IMG/VR virus record: IMGVR_UViG_3300032087_000550
Coordinates: 1 to 54,901 of that record
DNA from: a virus
Taxonomy: Duplodnaviria; Caudoviricetes
Strand: one strand, 5' to 3'
DNA length: 54,901 nt
Below the pieces are notes generated by a model that ran no database searches, was not told the origin of the DNA, and saw only the letters and a list, made by a program, of their open reading frames with translations. Shown here in pieces: positions 53,660 to 54,901 of the stretch. Within the stretch, counting starts at the first letter, position 1. Each line of letters opens with the position of its first letter. The translations under genes were made by a program, and so were the position numbers.

Positions 53660-54205
53660 ATGTCTAAGAACGCAAACGACATCACCAAGACCATCCCCGC
53701 AGCCCTTGCAACCAAGATCGGGAACCTGACCGACATTATGTCCGCCTGTTACGACAGCGGGTTCGAGGATGGGTTCCGGGATGGCAAACGCGAGGGATCG
53801 CAGCAGGAAGCAGAGAAGCGCCGCAACTTGGCGGAAGCTTGGAACGATCACGGCCAGCCGCTTGTTACTGGCATCAAGAACGCGATCGATCAAACCGACT
53901 TGCACGGTGAGCCGCTGCACGAATCCGGCCAGCAGCCGGTCCCGGCAACCCGCAAGCCCTACCGTGAGAAACTCAACCGGGGCCACGAGCGGGTTCGCAA
54001 GCTTCTCGACACGTCCAGCTATACAGCCGCGCCGACCTTGGCGGGGTTGCTTGGCTACTCCCGCGCCACCGTCCGGACCTACATGCGAGACCTGATGGCG
54101 CATGGTGTCGAGATCGAGACCAAGGCGTTGAAAGGTGGGTATCGCGGAAGCGGTCGGGGCCGTACTGGCTACCGTGTTGGCTACCGGCTTGCCAAGACCG
54201 GCTAA
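53660..54205 (+). CDS. Winged-HTH DNA-binding protein
   Basis: TLAGLLGYSRATVRTYMRDL..HGVEIET...GYRL (BirA-N-like wHTH); ATAGGAG SD. Confidence 0.7.
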   Translation: MSKNANDITKTIPAALATKIGNLTDIMSACYDSGFEDGFRDGKREGSQQEAEKRRNLAEAWNDHGQPLVTGIKNAIDQTDLHGEPLHESGQQPVPATRKPYREKLNRGHERVRKLLDTSSYTAAPTLAGLLGYSRATVRTYMRDLMAHGVEIETKALKGGYRGSGRGRTGYRVGYRLAKTG

Positions 54206-54266
54206 CCTGTGCTTAAACTATGGGGCGGGCGCTGTTGCCCGCCTCAACCAACTGGAGATTTAACCG

Positions 54267-54470
54267 ATGAAGCTTTCAATCCATGCCCATGCTAAAGACG
54301 TCTATAACGAGTCTCTGAAGGGGAATGCGGAAGTGATTTTGCATACCAACATTCACGACACATTCAAGACCGTCAAGCTTACCGGCACTGACCAGTATGG
54401 CCACCCGATCGATGTGATCGTTTACATGGACAAGAAACAGCCTTTGAAACGCACAAAGCGCATCGTCTAG
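54267..54470 (+). CDS. Hypothetical protein
   Basis: GGAG SD; last early ORF. Confidence 0.65.
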   Translation: MKLSIHAHAKDVYNESLKGNAEVILHTNIHDTFKTVKLTGTDQYGHPIDVIVYMDKKQPLKRTKRIV

Positions 54471-54526
54471 CCGCGAACCCATACCCTTCCCGGCGGGGCT
54501 AATAGCCGGGTTCCTCCCTTAACCTT

Positions 54527-54558
54527 GCCCCCGGCCTTTGCGCTGGGGGTTCTTTTTT
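54527..54558 (+). terminator. Rho-independent terminator ending the early operon
   Basis: GCCCCCGGC-ctttgc-GCTGGGGGT followed by TCTTTTTT. Confidence 0.75.
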
Positions 54559-54810
54559 GTGGCCCGTCGTGTTTATTGCCGGACGGGCTTTGTATTCCTT
54601 GGGGAAATCGGCGGGAACTTGTGCCGGGGATTGTTACTATATCCGAGCGGGGCGGGGCCATCTCAAGTTATCCGGCATGACAAATCACAGACGCGGGTGT
54701 GCGCGGGCGGGCTTACATGTAGGTTGCCGGGGTGGTTGCCGGGGTTGGCGACCGGCCAGAATCCTGCCGATCCGACGACATCACCGATGGAAAACAAAAA
54801 ATTCTCTACG

Positions 54811-54901
54811 CGCACCCGTACGCAAGGGCCATGGGGGTCCCCCGGCATTTGCTATGCAATCTCGACATATTTTTTGTAGTTTTAGGTTATCCATACGGTA
54901 T
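54811..54901. repeat. Terminal direct repeat, right copy
   Basis: Identical to 1-91. Confidence 0.95.

Overview
This window is an apparently complete ~54.8-kb dsDNA podovirus-type phage genome; the first 91 nt recur exactly at 54811-54901, so the contig is circular or terminally redundant. It has three blocks. (1) Packaging, head, lysis, tail and internal-virion genes lie on + (~314-38804). (2) A replication and nucleotide module lies on - (38801-49668): primase, SF4 helicase, a separately encoded 3'-5' exonuclease, family A polymerase with a DnaJ-type Zn-finger insert, SSB-like protein, PD-(D/E)xK nucleases, endonuclease I, MazG-like, DUF3310-like and class II RNR. (3) Small early genes lie on + (49784-54470). 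No phage RNA polymerase, tRNA or CRISPR array was seen; transcription appears to use sigma70-type promoters. The DnaJ-insert PolA and gene content resemble marine HMO-2011-type phages, so an alphaproteobacterial host is inferred but not shown. The most notable observations are: a 594-aa tyrosine-recombinase-fold protein translationally coupled to terL, sitting between terminase and portal, whose tail shares a motif with an ejection-type protein (candidate virion-delivered recombinase/resolvase); a same-strand array of GACAAA-N6-ACGC sites in the early region; a promoter- and terminator-bounded sRNA complementary to the RBS of two early genes, plus two more anti-SD sRNA candidates; and a genome-wide octamer (GTTCGCGG, at least 31 copies versus about 2 expected). 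All assignments come from reading motifs by eye, counts are hand counts, and no database searches were run.
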